The notes under the pieces: generated by a model
What the model was told of the DNA's origin: nothing
Database searches by the model: none
The model's input: the letters and a program-made list of their open reading frames with translations, nothing else
Part shown: one piece after another, positions 27,084 through 37,802 of the stretch
How positions within the stretch are numbered: the stretch's first letter is position 1
Layout of the letters: every line of letters starts with the position of its first letter
Made by a program: the position numbers and the translations under genes
Assembly (NCBI GenBank): GCA_965243025.1
Contig: CBDETY010000003.1
Span: forward strand, 6,432,001-6,496,000
Origin: Candidatus Latescibacterota bacterium
Lineage (GTDB): Bacteria > Latescibacterota > UBA2968 > UBA8231
Length of the DNA stretch: 64,000 nt
Direction of reading: 5' to 3'

Positions 27084-29720
27084 TCAGCGCTCAGCCAGCT
27101 TCGTCAACGCCGCCAACACCTGAATCCGCGCCCGGTCCGCAAGCCTGCGGTCCACTTTCTCGTTCAGCCAGTGAAAGCCGCCCAGGGGCTGGCCCGAGTC
27201 AATTTCGCCGCCGTGTCCCGCCGCGTCGCAGACTCTCGCCGGCAGGCTCTCCAGCAACCGGCGGGCCTCCTCCAACGCCGGACCCGTCCTCCCCCGGTCC
27301 GACGCCTTCCGGATGGCCCGGTCCAGCATCGCGAAATACTCGTAGTCCTGCACCCCTTCCCGCGCCGCCTCGAGGTGTTTCCCGGCTGTCACCGAGTCCT
27401 CGTCAATGAAGATCGGCGAGTACGCATCCTTGATGGTGAGATACTCGTTCCACGATGAGGCTCCGCCCGTATCGGTCAGCGACCACATGTAGATGGCAGT
27501 CGCTCCATAACGCCAGCTCGTCCACGCCATGAGGCGGGCGGCGTACGGATCGAAGACGCGGCCCGTCAACGCCGTGTAGAACTCCAGCCCGGTCCCCTGA
27601 TCCCGCTTCTTCAGGTAGTAGTCGCGGTACTCCTGGCCCTGTACCAGGAAGGACACGTAGTTCGGGCACAGGACGTGGCAGGCATCGATCATCGCCTGAT
27701 TCGCCCGGTCCATGTCCCGGTGGGTGGTATCCTCCCAGATGCGGATTCCCGTGTCCGCCTCGCGGATGGGCTTCGCCCACGCCAGGATGCGCTCGTCCAT
27801 CCACGGCTCGTCGGGCTCGTCCACCAGGAGCAGCCCGAACTGTTCCGGCTGCAATCCCTTCGCCTTCATGTGCTCCGCCCAGAACGTCACCCACGCTTTC
27901 ACCGCAGTGTCGAACTCCGGCGTGCCCATGGGCCACGAATCGAAGCGATCGCCCACTTTCGCGAACACGAGGTACTGCGCCGCATCGGGCCACAACCGGA
28001 TCCAGGCATCGAAGTAGCCGGTGGCGGGCCGCGCCGTCATCGCCCCCTGCGCATCATGGGTGCCCCGCGGCAGCGCCAGCTTGAGAGCCCACGGCGAGTC
28101 GACGAGGTGTTCGCGCAGGTGCTCGACGATCGCGGGCCGGTTCTGCTCCGTCAGAAAGGGGAAGTGGCCGACCCGGTCCGTGTAGTCCCATCCGCCAAAG
28201 TGAAGCGACTGCTGCTCCGGGAAATCCAGCGGATACAGGTGCATGCGCAACGGAAACCGCTTGCCTCCGGGCACGGACTCGACGACGACCTCCCCTTCAT
28301 GCGAGCCCGGTTCAATGTCGACCGGATGGAAGGTCAGCCACACCTGCCGCGTCATCCCCGAGGGCACGTTCACCCTGTACAGATTGTCCTCGGCAGCAAC
28401 CTCGGGCAGGGCCGCGGCCACCGGCACCCCGCTCCGGGTGTCGGTCCAGGCCACCTCGTGAACGGTCACATACTCCGGATTGTCGCCTCCGGGAAGCCCG
28501 CTCAGGCGGAAGGTGACCTCCATCGGTTCATCACTGCTGTTGCTGACGTTGAAGGCGGCCGCGCGGTACTCCCTGCGCATCAGGTGTACCTCGACGGCCA
28601 GCTCCGCCGCCCTGTCCGGCATGCCGACGAGGGGGAGGGGATCCCACAGGTTCGAACGCCAGAACGCCAGCGGCTCCAGGCCCCCGGCGCGCCACAGCCA
28701 TGCCTGCGTGCGCAACACCCGTTCGTGCCACGCGTTCAGGGGCAGAACGGCCCGAAAGTCGTCCCCGAAGGCGGTGGCCGTCCCCGACTCCGCTTCCACG
28801 GCGGCCAACTCGCCGAGCACGGCACTCCTCGTCCGGGCCGGGACACCTTCTTCTTCCGCCGCCTCTCTCAGGGCCCGGATGTCGCGGACAAGACGCGTCC
28901 GAATCCCTTTCTGGATGGCGATCCGGTTCGCATAGGTCTCCACATCTGCGATGCCGGGCCCCGGCAGCGGCTCGTTCACCCACTCCGGGTCGCCGGCGTA
29001 TACCTCGATCTCGTCGACGAAAGTGTAAGGCTCGTTCCACACCACCAGGCTGACATAGCGTCCCTGCGTCCGCAACCGGTCCGTCCAGTACCGATAGGTC
29101 CCGTACCCGGCAGCGCGCTGTTCGTGGAGATCGCGGATGATTCTCTCGCGCAGTTCGGGCGTGACCTGGTCCTGCGAGTACCGGTCCCGGTGCCGGTCGA
29201 AGTGGTCATGTATCTCCGCCTCGGTGAAACGCATCCCTTCACGGGCCCACATGGCATCGCTCGCCTTCTCCGGTACGGGCGGGCCGTGCTGCTGCGCGCT
29301 CAACTCCACCAGGTCCCCGATCTCGTGGAACTCCCTGTCTTCACCCGCGGTGAGGATGCGGATCGTCAGCGGCCACCTCACGTCCGCGAACCCCGCCGCC
29401 GTGCTGAAAGAGACTCCCCGTATCGGCTTGACGGTACCCAGGTCCAGCGTCAGGATCGAAGGCGTCCTCTCCTGCCACCCCACCGTCGACAGCTGCGTCC
29501 AGAAATAGCCGTCCGTGTACACGCCGTCCGTCAGTTGCCCGGTGTCGCCGGGGTCGGTGCACAGACCGTAGTTCGGCCCCGGCTCCAGCGTGCAGGTCGC
29601 CCCGAGCGCGATGTTCTCGCCCGGACGGTCGGCCAGGCGCGCCCCGGGTTGCCCTGGGGCTGCCGCCGTGCCCCTGGCCAACGCCAGTGCCAACGCTGCC
29701 GCTGCCAACGTCCATTTCAT
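27084..29720 (-). CDS. Exported protein with a discoidin-like N-terminus and a GH123/DUF4091-like C-terminus
   Basis: Signal peptide; ENIALG..LTDG..LDLG; DEP; C-terminal LEAAREGVQDYEY. Confidence 0.65.
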   Translation of the reverse strand: MKWTLAAAALALALARGTAAAPGQPGARLADRPGENIALGATCTLEPGPNYGLCTDPGDTGQLTDGVYTDGYFWTQLSTVGWQERTPSILTLDLGTVKPIRGVSFSTAAGFADVRWPLTIRILTAGEDREFHEIGDLVELSAQQHGPPVPEKASDAMWAREGMRFTEAEIHDHFDRHRDRYSQDQVTPELRERIIRDLHEQRAAGYGTYRYWTDRLRTQGRYVSLVVWNEPYTFVDEIEVYAGDPEWVNEPLPGPGIADVETYANRIAIQKGIRTRLVRDIRALREAAEEEGVPARTRSAVLGELAAVEAESGTATAFGDDFRAVLPLNAWHERVLRTQAWLWRAGGLEPLAFWRSNLWDPLPLVGMPDRAAELAVEVHLMRREYRAAAFNVSNSSDEPMEVTFRLSGLPGGDNPEYVTVHEVAWTDTRSGVPVAAALPEVAAEDNLYRVNVPSGMTRQVWLTFHPVDIEPGSHEGEVVVESVPGGKRFPLRMHLYPLDFPEQQSLHFGGWDYTDRVGHFPFLTEQNRPAIVEHLREHLVDSPWALKLALPRGTHDAQGAMTARPATGYFDAWIRLWPDAAQYLVFAKVGDRFDSWPMGTPEFDTAVKAWVTFWAEHMKAKGLQPEQFGLLLVDEPDEPWMDERILAWAKPIREADTGIRIWEDTTHRDMDRANQAMIDACHVLCPNYVSFLVQGQEYRDYYLKKRDQGTGLEFYTALTGRVFDPYAARLMAWTSWRYGATAIYMWSLTDTGGASSWNEYLTIKDAYSPIFIDEDSVTAGKHLEAAREGVQDYEYFAMLDRAIRKASDRGRTGPALEEARRLLESLPARVCDAAGHGGEIDSGQPLGGFHWLNEKVDRRLADRARIQVLAALTKLAER

Positions 29721-29894
29721 TCGCTTGTCTCTCGTGGCCTGATTATCGCCCTGAAAAAAAGGGCTGGAAGGTTATCCTGACCGCAATGCTTTGGGAGGCA
29801 TTTTCAGCAAGGAGAACAGCGAAGGGCCCGGATCCCCTGCTCCGGTTTTCCGGCCCTCTGAATCAGCTGCCTTCGTCCGCCCCCGCCTTCTTCG

Positions 29895-31211
29895 CTACAG
29901 GGACACCCCGAACGTCACCGCCATCAAGGTGGCCAGCCCCAGGAAGCTGAGGAACCCCAGCACGTCCGTGACCGTCGTCAGCACGATGGAAGCGGACTGG
30001 GCCGGATCCTTGCCAAGGACCGTGAGAACCACGGGGATGAGCGCCCCGGTCAGGCCCGCCATCGCCATGGAAAAGACCATGGCCGTGCCGATCACCAGCG
30101 GCAACCCCAACGTTCCCGACCAGAGGTAGGCCGCCAGGGAGGTGGTCACCGCCACCGCCACCCCGTTGACCAGCCCGGCCAGCAGCTCCTTGCGGGCGAC
30201 CCGGAACCATGCGCGCGGCCTGAACTCGCGCAGGGCGAGCCCGCGCATGGCCACCGCCAGGGACTGGGCCCCGGTGTTGCCAGCCTGGCCGGCCACCACC
30301 GGGAGAAAGACCGCCAGGGCCGTGAACCGGGCTATGGTGCCCTCGAACAGGGCGACCACCGAGGCGGCGAGAAAGGCGGTGGCGAGGTTGACCTGCAGCC
30401 AGGGCAGCCGCTTGCGCACCGCCAGCCATGGGGGCGAAAGGGCCTGCTCGTCGGCGCCGGCCCCGACCATGGTCTGCAGGTTTTCGGTCGCATCCTGCTG
30501 CACGGCCTCCACCAGGGCGTCGTGGCGGATGATCCCACGCGGCCGGCCCTCGAACCCGACCACCGGCAGGGAGGCCAGCTTGTGGGTCTCGAGCAGCTCG
30601 ACCACTTCCTCCCGGGAGGACATCGCCTGCACGCAGACCGGCGCTCCCCTGGCCAGTGCCCCCAGCCGGTCCCCTGGCTGGGCGACGGCCACTTCCTGCA
30701 GGGGCAGCACCGCGGTCAGCAGCCCGTCGGAGTCGGCGACGCAGAGATCGTGAACGCGCCGCTCCGGGAATGAGCGGATGCGGTCGAGCGCCTCCCCGGC
30801 GGTTTCTTCGGCGCTGAAGACGGTCACCGCGGTGTCCATGAGCCCGCCCGCGGATTCGGCGGGGTAGCTCATCAGCTCCTCCATTTCCCGGGCAAGCCCC
30901 TCAGGCAGGGCGGCGAGGCGGCCGGCGCGGGTTTCCTCCTCCAGCCGCGAAAGGAGGGCGGAGCCGACTCCCGGATCCATCCCCCGCCACAGCCGCCGGA
31001 ACAGGTCGTCCTCCATTCCCTCGACGAGCTCGACCGCCCGGTCCGGGTCGACCCGCTCGAAGACCTGGGGCGCAGCGGCATCTGTCCCGGCTTCGAGCAG
31101 CCGCAGGGCCTCGGGGACGGGAGTGGCGGCCAGGGCCCGGGCCGCCTCGCCGGGGTGGAGGCGGAAGAACTCCTCGATGAGGGCCTGGGATGCCGCGGTT
31201 TCACTGTTCAT
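29895..31211 (-). CDS. mgtE: Magnesium transporter MgtE
   Basis: MgtE_N, CBS pair, KRLPWLQVNL, AGNTGAQ, DPA..S...TTVTDVLG. Confidence 0.9.
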   Translation of the reverse strand: MNSETAASQALIEEFFRLHPGEAARALAATPVPEALRLLEAGTDAAAPQVFERVDPDRAVELVEGMEDDLFRRLWRGMDPGVGSALLSRLEEETRAGRLAALPEGLAREMEELMSYPAESAGGLMDTAVTVFSAEETAGEALDRIRSFPERRVHDLCVADSDGLLTAVLPLQEVAVAQPGDRLGALARGAPVCVQAMSSREEVVELLETHKLASLPVVGFEGRPRGIIRHDALVEAVQQDATENLQTMVGAGADEQALSPPWLAVRKRLPWLQVNLATAFLAASVVALFEGTIARFTALAVFLPVVAGQAGNTGAQSLAVAMRGLALREFRPRAWFRVARKELLAGLVNGVAVAVTTSLAAYLWSGTLGLPLVIGTAMVFSMAMAGLTGALIPVVLTVLGKDPAQSASIVLTTVTDVLGFLSFLGLATLMAVTFGVSL

Positions 31212-31289
31212 CCTTACCTCTCTCCTCGGATCGAACCGTTGTGTACAATTGATGGCCTTAAATCAGACCGACACCGGGGAAAATGTCCC

Positions 31290-32264
31290 ATGGAGAAACA
31301 GCCGATCAAGCAGGGTTTCCCAACCTACTACCTGGGGGGTCTGCTGGTCAGGATGAGCGGGAACCACCTCTTCCTGTTGGCCGGCGGCCTCGCCTTCGCC
31401 ACCCTGATTACCCTGGTCCCCCTGGTCTTCCTCGTCTTCCTGGTGCTCGGACTGGTCCTGGACCAGGCTTCCATGGCCCGCCTGATCGACGTGACCCTGC
31501 AGGTGTTCATCCCGTACGAGGAAGAGGCCGCGTTCCTGAAAAAAGTCCTGTTCTCGCGCATCCCCGGCGTCGTCGAGTTCAAGGAGGCGTACGGGGTTTC
31601 CGGCCTGGCGATCCTGCTGTTCAGCGCCAGCGGCCTGTTCAGCAGCATGCGGACCGTGCTCAATGCCGTCTTCCAGGCCTCGGGGAAGGAGGGCAACCTG
31701 CCGGCGAGGCTGTCGGGAAAGGGGACCCCGGAGACTGGTGAGCCGGAGGAGACGGGAGAGGAAACTCCAGAGCGCCGGTTCGGCATCCTGCTCATGGCCC
31801 TTCCCGCCGCGGTGGGCAAGGCGAAGGATATCGCCCTGGTGCTGCTGGCCCTGGGCGCGTTCCTGCTGTCGGTCCTTTCCCTTCCCATTCTCGCCGCGGT
31901 CCTCAACACCGTCCTGTCCCCCCTGCACTCGTACATCGGCTACTTCTACGGCCTCGCCTCCCTGGGCCTGATTTTCGGGGTCTTCCTCGGCCTCTACTGG
32001 CTGGTCCCCCGGAAGCGGCCGCGGATGAAGGAGCTTGCTGCCGGCGCCTTCTGGGCCGCCCTGCTGTGGAAGCTCGCCGAATGGCTCTTCGGTTATTACC
32101 TCGGCCATGCCGCTTCCATCGGGTACCTGTACGGAGCCTATTTCCTGTCGGTGGCGGTGGCCCTGTGGCTCTACTTCGCCTCCGTCGTCTTCATCGCCGG
32201 TGCCGAAATCGCCCAGCTCCGCCACGAAAAGCGAGCCGGTTCCGGATCGGGAGGGCAGGTCTGA
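31290..32264 (+). CDS. YihY/BrkB family membrane protein
   Basis: LAGGLAF..LVP, ASGLFSSMRTVLN, LYG...LWLYF...GAEI. Confidence 0.85.
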   Translation: MEKQPIKQGFPTYYLGGLLVRMSGNHLFLLAGGLAFATLITLVPLVFLVFLVLGLVLDQASMARLIDVTLQVFIPYEEEAAFLKKVLFSRIPGVVEFKEAYGVSGLAILLFSASGLFSSMRTVLNAVFQASGKEGNLPARLSGKGTPETGEPEETGEETPERRFGILLMALPAAVGKAKDIALVLLALGAFLLSVLSLPILAAVLNTVLSPLHSYIGYFYGLASLGLIFGVFLGLYWLVPRKRPRMKELAAGAFWAALLWKLAEWLFGYYLGHAASIGYLYGAYFLSVAVALWLYFASVVFIAGAEIAQLRHEKRAGSGSGGQV

Positions 32265-32308
32265 CAGCCCGCTGATGAAGTTGCTCTGGAGAAGAGGCCG
32301 CCGGGGCA

Positions 32309-33148
32309 CTAGGGATCGGCGCTTTTGGAAACCGGCTTCTCCGGGCCCTCCGAGCCGATGGCGCTGTTGACCAGCGCCGACAGGCCGATGCGGTAGAGCT
32401 CCCCGAGGGCGGTCCCGGCCTGGTCGATCGGTGCGGGCCGCTGCCCGGGGTCGGCAAGCTGGCGCAGGGTCCTGTGGCGCAGGGCCCCGGCGAAACGGCC
32501 CTTGTCGTCGATAACGGGGAGGGTGTGGAACTCCTTCCATGCGGGATGGACCAGCACCGAGGCGAGGGAATCCGCCATGCGCAGGCAGACCACGTCCCGC
32601 TGCATGAGGGCGGCGACCCCGGCATCCTCCCCGGCCGTCAGCAGCTCCCGCAGGGTGAGGACCCCGGCCAGGGTCTGGTCGCGCTCGAGCACGTACAGGA
32701 AGTGGGAAGCGCGCTCGGGGTTCGAGCGCACCCGGGCCAGGGCTTCCCCGGCCGATACCTCGGCAGGCAGGGTGTAGATCCTGGGCTCCATCAGGGCCCC
32801 GGCGGTATCCTCCCGGCAGCGCAGCAGGAGCCGGAGGTGTCCTTGCGGTTCGGGCGCAAGCCGCTGCAGGACCGCATCCCGGGTCCCGGGGAGCAGGCGG
32901 CGCAGGAGCAGGGCCGCCCGCTCCATGGGCGCTTCGGCCAGGGCCCCGGCGGCACGGCTGGGATCCATGCGCTCGAGGCAGCCTGCCGCCGTGCTCGCCT
33001 CCATGGTGTTGAGGAGGGAGGCGGCGAGCTCCGCCGGGATGTTCTCGAAGAAGGCTACCAGCTCGTCGAGCGAGCGGTTCTCCAGCACCCGGGCGGCCTG
33101 GTGGACGTGGCCGCGGACGAAGCGGTGGATCAGGGTCGAGCCGTCCAT
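32309..33148 (-). CDS. Soluble MgtE_N + CBS-pair protein
   Basis: EDTAGALM, LYVL...LAGVLTLRELL, LPVID; no TM segment. Confidence 0.8.
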   Translation of the reverse strand: MDGSTLIHRFVRGHVHQAARVLENRSLDELVAFFENIPAELAASLLNTMEASTAAGCLERMDPSRAAGALAEAPMERAALLLRRLLPGTRDAVLQRLAPEPQGHLRLLLRCREDTAGALMEPRIYTLPAEVSAGEALARVRSNPERASHFLYVLERDQTLAGVLTLRELLTAGEDAGVAALMQRDVVCLRMADSLASVLVHPAWKEFHTLPVIDDKGRFAGALRHRTLRQLADPGQRPAPIDQAGTALGELYRIGLSALVNSAIGSEGPEKPVSKSADP

Positions 33149-33153
33149 CCCTG

Positions 33154-33966
33154 TTACGTCTTCTCGACCAGCAGAATCGACGCCTGCTCGCTGAAGAGGG
33201 AGGCAGGCACCGAAACCCGTCCCTCACCGGTTTCCAGCAGGACCGAGGTGGCGGTTATGTCGACGATTTCCCCCTGGAAGTCCCCGACCCGCACCCTGTG
33301 GCCGACCCGGTAGGTCTTCTGGAGGTAGTAGGAGGCGAGGATGTTGGCCACCGTCCTGCGGGCCCCGAGGGCGAAGGTCAGGGCGGTTCCGAGCAGGGCG
33401 CTGCCGAGCACGAGGAGCAGGACGCTGGTCAGGAAGTCGACGTTCAGCCCCGCCTGGTCCACGGCGATCAGGGCGCTCACTACCAGGATCGACACCTGTC
33501 CGAAGCGCCCGAGGGCGCTGGCGTAGGCGATCCCGGTCGAGGCGATGAGATCCCGGATGAAGTGGCCGCCGAGGAGGCCGGCGAACAGGATGAGGACGGC
33601 CGCCAGCAGCCGGGGCAGGTAGAGGACGATGCCGCTGAGCCAGACCGAGATCACCGGCAGCCCCATGACTTCGGTGGCCGCGGTGATGAAGAAGAGCAGA
33701 ACCATCCAGAAGAGGACCCGGCCCGCCGTGCGCCCTGCCGAGTCCTGCAGGTCGGCTCCGCGCGCGAGGCGCCGCAGGCCCGGAACGAGGCGGTCGAGCC
33801 CGGCGAGCAGCCGCCTGCTGAGGGTTCGGGCAAGGAAGGCGAGCACCAGGCCCAGCAGCACCAGGGCGACGGCGCCGGCGATCCGGGGGGCGGTCCCCGA
33901 CAGGTTCTGCGCGAGGCCCCGGGCGAGTTCCTCGAGCTCCGCGGTCAGGTGCTGGAAGTTCGACAC
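33154..33966 (-). CDS. MscS-like small mechanosensitive channel (TM-helix type)
   Basis: YLPRLLAA, ANILAS, YRVGHRVRVGDFQGEI. Confidence 0.82.
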   Translation of the reverse strand: MSNFQHLTAELEELARGLAQNLSGTAPRIAGAVALVLLGLVLAFLARTLSRRLLAGLDRLVPGLRRLARGADLQDSAGRTAGRVLFWMVLLFFITAATEVMGLPVISVWLSGIVLYLPRLLAAVLILFAGLLGGHFIRDLIASTGIAYASALGRFGQVSILVVSALIAVDQAGLNVDFLTSVLLLVLGSALLGTALTFALGARRTVANILASYYLQKTYRVGHRVRVGDFQGEIVDITATSVLLETGEGRVSVPASLFSEQASILLVEKT

Positions 33967-34135
33967 GGGATCCGGTCTCCTTCTTCAGATGGCGGTCCGG
34001 TGCTGGCTGGTTGCCGGTTCTTCAACCGGCCCCCGGTGCGGGGGGCAGGGGAGTTCGTACCGTGCCCTGTCAATTTCCTGCCATCCCCGGTCCATCCCGG
34101 GCGGCCGGCTCCTGAATCTCCCTTTCCGGGACAGG

Positions 34136-35785
34136 TCACTGGTCGCCCGCGCCGATCTTTTCCCGGGCCTCGAGGAGCTTGGCGACGACCGCTTCGATGT
34201 GCTCCTCGTCGACGAACGGGGACAGGATGTAGGATTTGAGGGCGACGATCGGCTCCTGGTAGCTGGTGTGCCGGTAGCAGTCGGTATGGGAGATGACGAC
34301 GCCGCGCCCGGCCATCGCCTCCTCGTGCACGTAGTCGGAAACCTTGCGGTTGTACTCGTTGCCGGCGAGCAGGCTGTCCCGCCAGGCCGGGTCGTCGAAC
34401 TCCCGGCCCTTGATGGCAAAGGTATCGACCCCGGGGGGATAGGCGCGAAACAGCGTCACCGTGCCGAAGTTGTCCCTGTTGAGCACGGTGGTGCCCTCGT
34501 GCCCTTCGAGATGCTCGCGCAGGAGCTGGGCCATCTCGACGAGGTGCCCGAGCACCGCCTGCAGTCCCTGCTCCCCGAAGAGGCGGAAGTTGGCCAGGGC
34601 GGACAGGGGCCCGGTCCCGGCTCTCGAGGTTTCGAGGGTGTACATGCCGGGACGGTGGTTGCCGAAATGATAGAGGTAGGGCATCTGCTCCTGGGGCCGC
34701 GTCACCAGCTGCAGGTCGTCGCGGTTCCTGACCAGCACGAGGCTGGAGACGTAGGGGGCGAAGCCGGTCTTGTGGAAGTCGACGCCGAGGGAGTCGGCCA
34801 GGGACAGGTGGCGAATGCGGCGGCGGGCGCCGGCCAGGGCGCGCACCGTGCGGGGGCGGAACCCCAGGGGATTGCCCTCGAAGTCGTACTCGTTGAAAAC
34901 CGACCAGGCCCAGCCGATGACGGCGTCGGCGTGGATGTGCGGGGAGTAGGGCAGCTCAAACTCCTCGACCAGGCTGTCCCGCAGGGCGGCGATCTCCTGC
35001 AGATCGTCGAGGCCGAAGGCGTCGGTGGTCCCGAGCGTCGCGATGATGGCGGCGATCTTCCTGCCCTCCGCCAGCGCTTTGCGGGCAGCCAGCCCGAGTT
35101 CGGCGAGGTCCATTTCGTTTTCCGCGGTCGTCGGAACCACGATCAGGTTGTCCGTACCTATTCCCAGCCACCCGGCGATGTTGGCGGCGCAGTAATGCCC
35201 GGCCTCGGAGACCAGCAGGACCGCGTCCTCGGACACCCCTTTGTGCATCGCCTGCGGGCAGGCCTTTTCGAGGCCGATCTTCACCCCGTAGAGAGTGGTT
35301 CCGGTGCCCCCGAAGGTGAACACGCCGCTCGCCTGTTCCGGGTCGTACCCGACCAGCCGGGCGGTGATGCCGGCGGCCTCGACCTCGGCCAGCGCCACGA
35401 GGCGGCTGTACTCGTCCCAGGCGACGTTGGGGTTGTGCAGCGCCGAGAGCAGGACGCCGATGAGGCTGGGGATGGTCGGCGGCGGAATGACGTTCTGCTG
35501 GGTGTGGGGATGGCCGAAGATCGTCATGCCCTGCAGGTAGCCGACGAGATCGGAGGTGACCTCCTCGATCGAGGAGGTCCCGGGCGGCAGGGCCGCCTTG
35601 CGCGCCTCGGCGAAATCCCCCGGAATAACCGAACCGAGGATCGGCAGGTGCGACTTCAGCGCGTCTACCTGGTCGAGGGCGCGCATGATCGAGTGCACGA
35701 AATAGGAGTCGTGGATCGGGTCGGACACCGGTTGCGGAAAGGCCAGCCGGATTTGTTCGAGGATGTCGCGGTAGGGTGCGGTCAT
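34136..35785 (-). CDS. Group II PLP-dependent decarboxylase
   Basis: TFGGTG, LGTTD, HADA, SLGVDFHK (PLP lysine). Confidence 0.88.
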   Translation of the reverse strand: MTAPYRDILEQIRLAFPQPVSDPIHDSYFVHSIMRALDQVDALKSHLPILGSVIPGDFAEARKAALPPGTSSIEEVTSDLVGYLQGMTIFGHPHTQQNVIPPPTIPSLIGVLLSALHNPNVAWDEYSRLVALAEVEAAGITARLVGYDPEQASGVFTFGGTGTTLYGVKIGLEKACPQAMHKGVSEDAVLLVSEAGHYCAANIAGWLGIGTDNLIVVPTTAENEMDLAELGLAARKALAEGRKIAAIIATLGTTDAFGLDDLQEIAALRDSLVEEFELPYSPHIHADAVIGWAWSVFNEYDFEGNPLGFRPRTVRALAGARRRIRHLSLADSLGVDFHKTGFAPYVSSLVLVRNRDDLQLVTRPQEQMPYLYHFGNHRPGMYTLETSRAGTGPLSALANFRLFGEQGLQAVLGHLVEMAQLLREHLEGHEGTTVLNRDNFGTVTLFRAYPPGVDTFAIKGREFDDPAWRDSLLAGNEYNRKVSDYVHEEAMAGRGVVISHTDCYRHTSYQEPIVALKSYILSPFVDEEHIEAVVAKLLEAREKIGAGDQ

Positions 35786-35951
35786 GCCTTCGCCTCTTCG
35801 GTCGGCGGTCTGCGGCGCATGTCGGGATGCCGGTGCCAGCTCGCCTGAGCAGGCGTGCGAACCAAAGCGCCGGATTCGCGCGAAACCGGGTGCGCTGGCA
35901 CTGCAATCTCAGACTCCCGCGCGCGCTTGCTGGATCCACGGCTTGGGGAAT

Positions 35952-37802
35952 TCAACGCAGGAAGAGCAGCTTGCGCGTCAGCTCGACGGCCCCGGTCTCC
36001 AGGCGGTAGAGGTAAACGCCGCTGGCCGCGAGCCGGCCGTTCAGGTCCAGCCCGTCCCAGTGGACCTTCCGGTGGCCGGCGGCGACCGGTCCCTGAAACA
36101 GGGTGCGGATCTTCTGGCCCCGGAGGTTGTAGACGTGGAGGGCGGCCTCGGCCGGGCGGGGGGCGTGAAAGGAGAGGACCGTTCCCCGGTTGAAGGGGTT
36201 GGGGTAGTTCTGCAGGAGGGCCCAGTCCGCGGGAGTCGACGCCGGGGAGCTGGCGGTCTCGACCGCGGTCGGACGGCGTAGGACTTCCGGCGGCCCGGAG
36301 GTGCGGAGCTGCTCGACCGTGGCGGCGGCCGGTTCGGCGAACGGCCGCGGGCCGCCGTCTTCAAAGGGGCGGGAGCGAACCTCGCGGCCGTCGGCGAGGG
36401 TGACGATCAGTTCCCATTCCTCGATCGGGGTGTCCTGGGAGCCGCCGCAGTCCCAGCGCGCCTCCGCCTCGCGGACATTGCCGACCCCGGGCAGGTCGGG
36501 GTTGTAGTCGAACATCGGGTCCACGGTCATCTCGTCGGCGGAAAGGGTGGTGTAGAGCCGGGTGAGGTATGGTTTTTGGTCGAAAACCTCCTGCATGTCT
36601 TCCAGCGGCTCGACGACGATCCGCTCCAGGTCGTCGGCCAGGGCTCCGGGGTCGAAGTCGAGATCCGCCGTCCACTGGTCGTAGGCGCGCATGTTGTTGT
36701 AGAAGGAGCTCTCGGCAATGTCCTGCAGCCAGCCCTCTTCCCGCGCCTCGTCCCGGGCATCGCGGTCCCCGCCGAACACCACTTCCAGCACCCCCTCCTC
36801 GAGCACCGCCGCCGGCATCGGGATGTGGCGGCGGATCAGGGTCTGCATCTGGGCGTCGCGGGGAAAGCCCTGCCGCAGGGCGGCTTCGAGGAAGTCGGCC
36901 GGGTGCGTCTTTCCGCGCAGCTCCTCGAGATCGAACACCGAGAAGACGAAATCGCCGACGATGCTGCTGGGGCCGGCGTAGTCGGTTACGAAGGCCTGGC
37001 CCCCGGCCTCGTTGGCTGCCTGGGTGACGACCTCGGGATAGTTGAAGCCGCCGCTGAACCAGTCGACCAGGGCCTCGTTGATCTGCACGTGCAGGTAGTT
37101 CTCCGGGATGGCGCGGTGCTCGGCCAGGACCCAGGCGAGGACCCCGAGATCGGGCTCGGTTGCCACCGCGGTGAGGCGGATCGGGATGCCGGGCGTCTCG
37201 GCGGCGTAGGTCATGGCGATCGGCTGCAGGTCGCCGACCTCGCTTTCGGCGGCGAGCTTGAGCGCGAGAAAGTAGAACCCCTCCTCGACGTAGGGGGTCA
37301 GGAGCGGGACCCCGAGGTCGCCGAGCTGGTAGTCGTTGTCGACGAGCCAGTCGACGATGGCTTCTGGATCCTCGGAGGTGATGACCGCGGTGTCGTACGG
37401 GCCGACCTGTTCCCGGGCAACCACCTCGACCTCAGCGGACTCGGCCGTGGCCATTGTGTCATCGGATCTGAAGACAATGGGCCCGAAGCCGCACTCCTCC
37501 TGCTCTTCGAAGTTCAACTGGAAGAAGGGCTGGGTGGCCAACTGCAGCTGGGTGAAGATCTGGTTGTGGCTAACGGCCAGCTCCGGCACCGAAGGCAGCG
37601 GCAGGATCCAGGCGAAGTCCGAGGCGGTGCCGCTGTAGAGGAGCTGGACGTGGGTGGTGACGGTGCCCTCTCCCTGAATGAAGAGGATGTTCTCCGCCAC
37701 CTGGTTCATCGGGAAGGTGGTGCAGAAGAAGCCGCCGCAGGCGCGGGCGGCCGGGGCCCCGAGCAGCAGGCAGAGGAACGCGGCATACAGGAATCGGGTC
37801 AT
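35952..37802 (-). CDS. DUF2330-domain exported protein with a FlgD-Ig/T9SS-like tail
   Basis: Signal peptide then ACGGFFC; FAWILPLP; YLTRLYT; C-terminal QNYPNPFN...ASGVYLYRL. Confidence 0.8.
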   Translation of the reverse strand: MTRFLYAAFLCLLLGAPAARACGGFFCTTFPMNQVAENILFIQGEGTVTTHVQLLYSGTASDFAWILPLPSVPELAVSHNQIFTQLQLATQPFFQLNFEEQEECGFGPIVFRSDDTMATAESAEVEVVAREQVGPYDTAVITSEDPEAIVDWLVDNDYQLGDLGVPLLTPYVEEGFYFLALKLAAESEVGDLQPIAMTYAAETPGIPIRLTAVATEPDLGVLAWVLAEHRAIPENYLHVQINEALVDWFSGGFNYPEVVTQAANEAGGQAFVTDYAGPSSIVGDFVFSVFDLEELRGKTHPADFLEAALRQGFPRDAQMQTLIRRHIPMPAAVLEEGVLEVVFGGDRDARDEAREEGWLQDIAESSFYNNMRAYDQWTADLDFDPGALADDLERIVVEPLEDMQEVFDQKPYLTRLYTTLSADEMTVDPMFDYNPDLPGVGNVREAEARWDCGGSQDTPIEEWELIVTLADGREVRSRPFEDGGPRPFAEPAAATVEQLRTSGPPEVLRRPTAVETASSPASTPADWALLQNYPNPFNRGTVLSFHAPRPAEAALHVYNLRGQKIRTLFQGPVAAGHRKVHWDGLDLNGRLAASGVYLYRLETGAVELTRKLLFLR

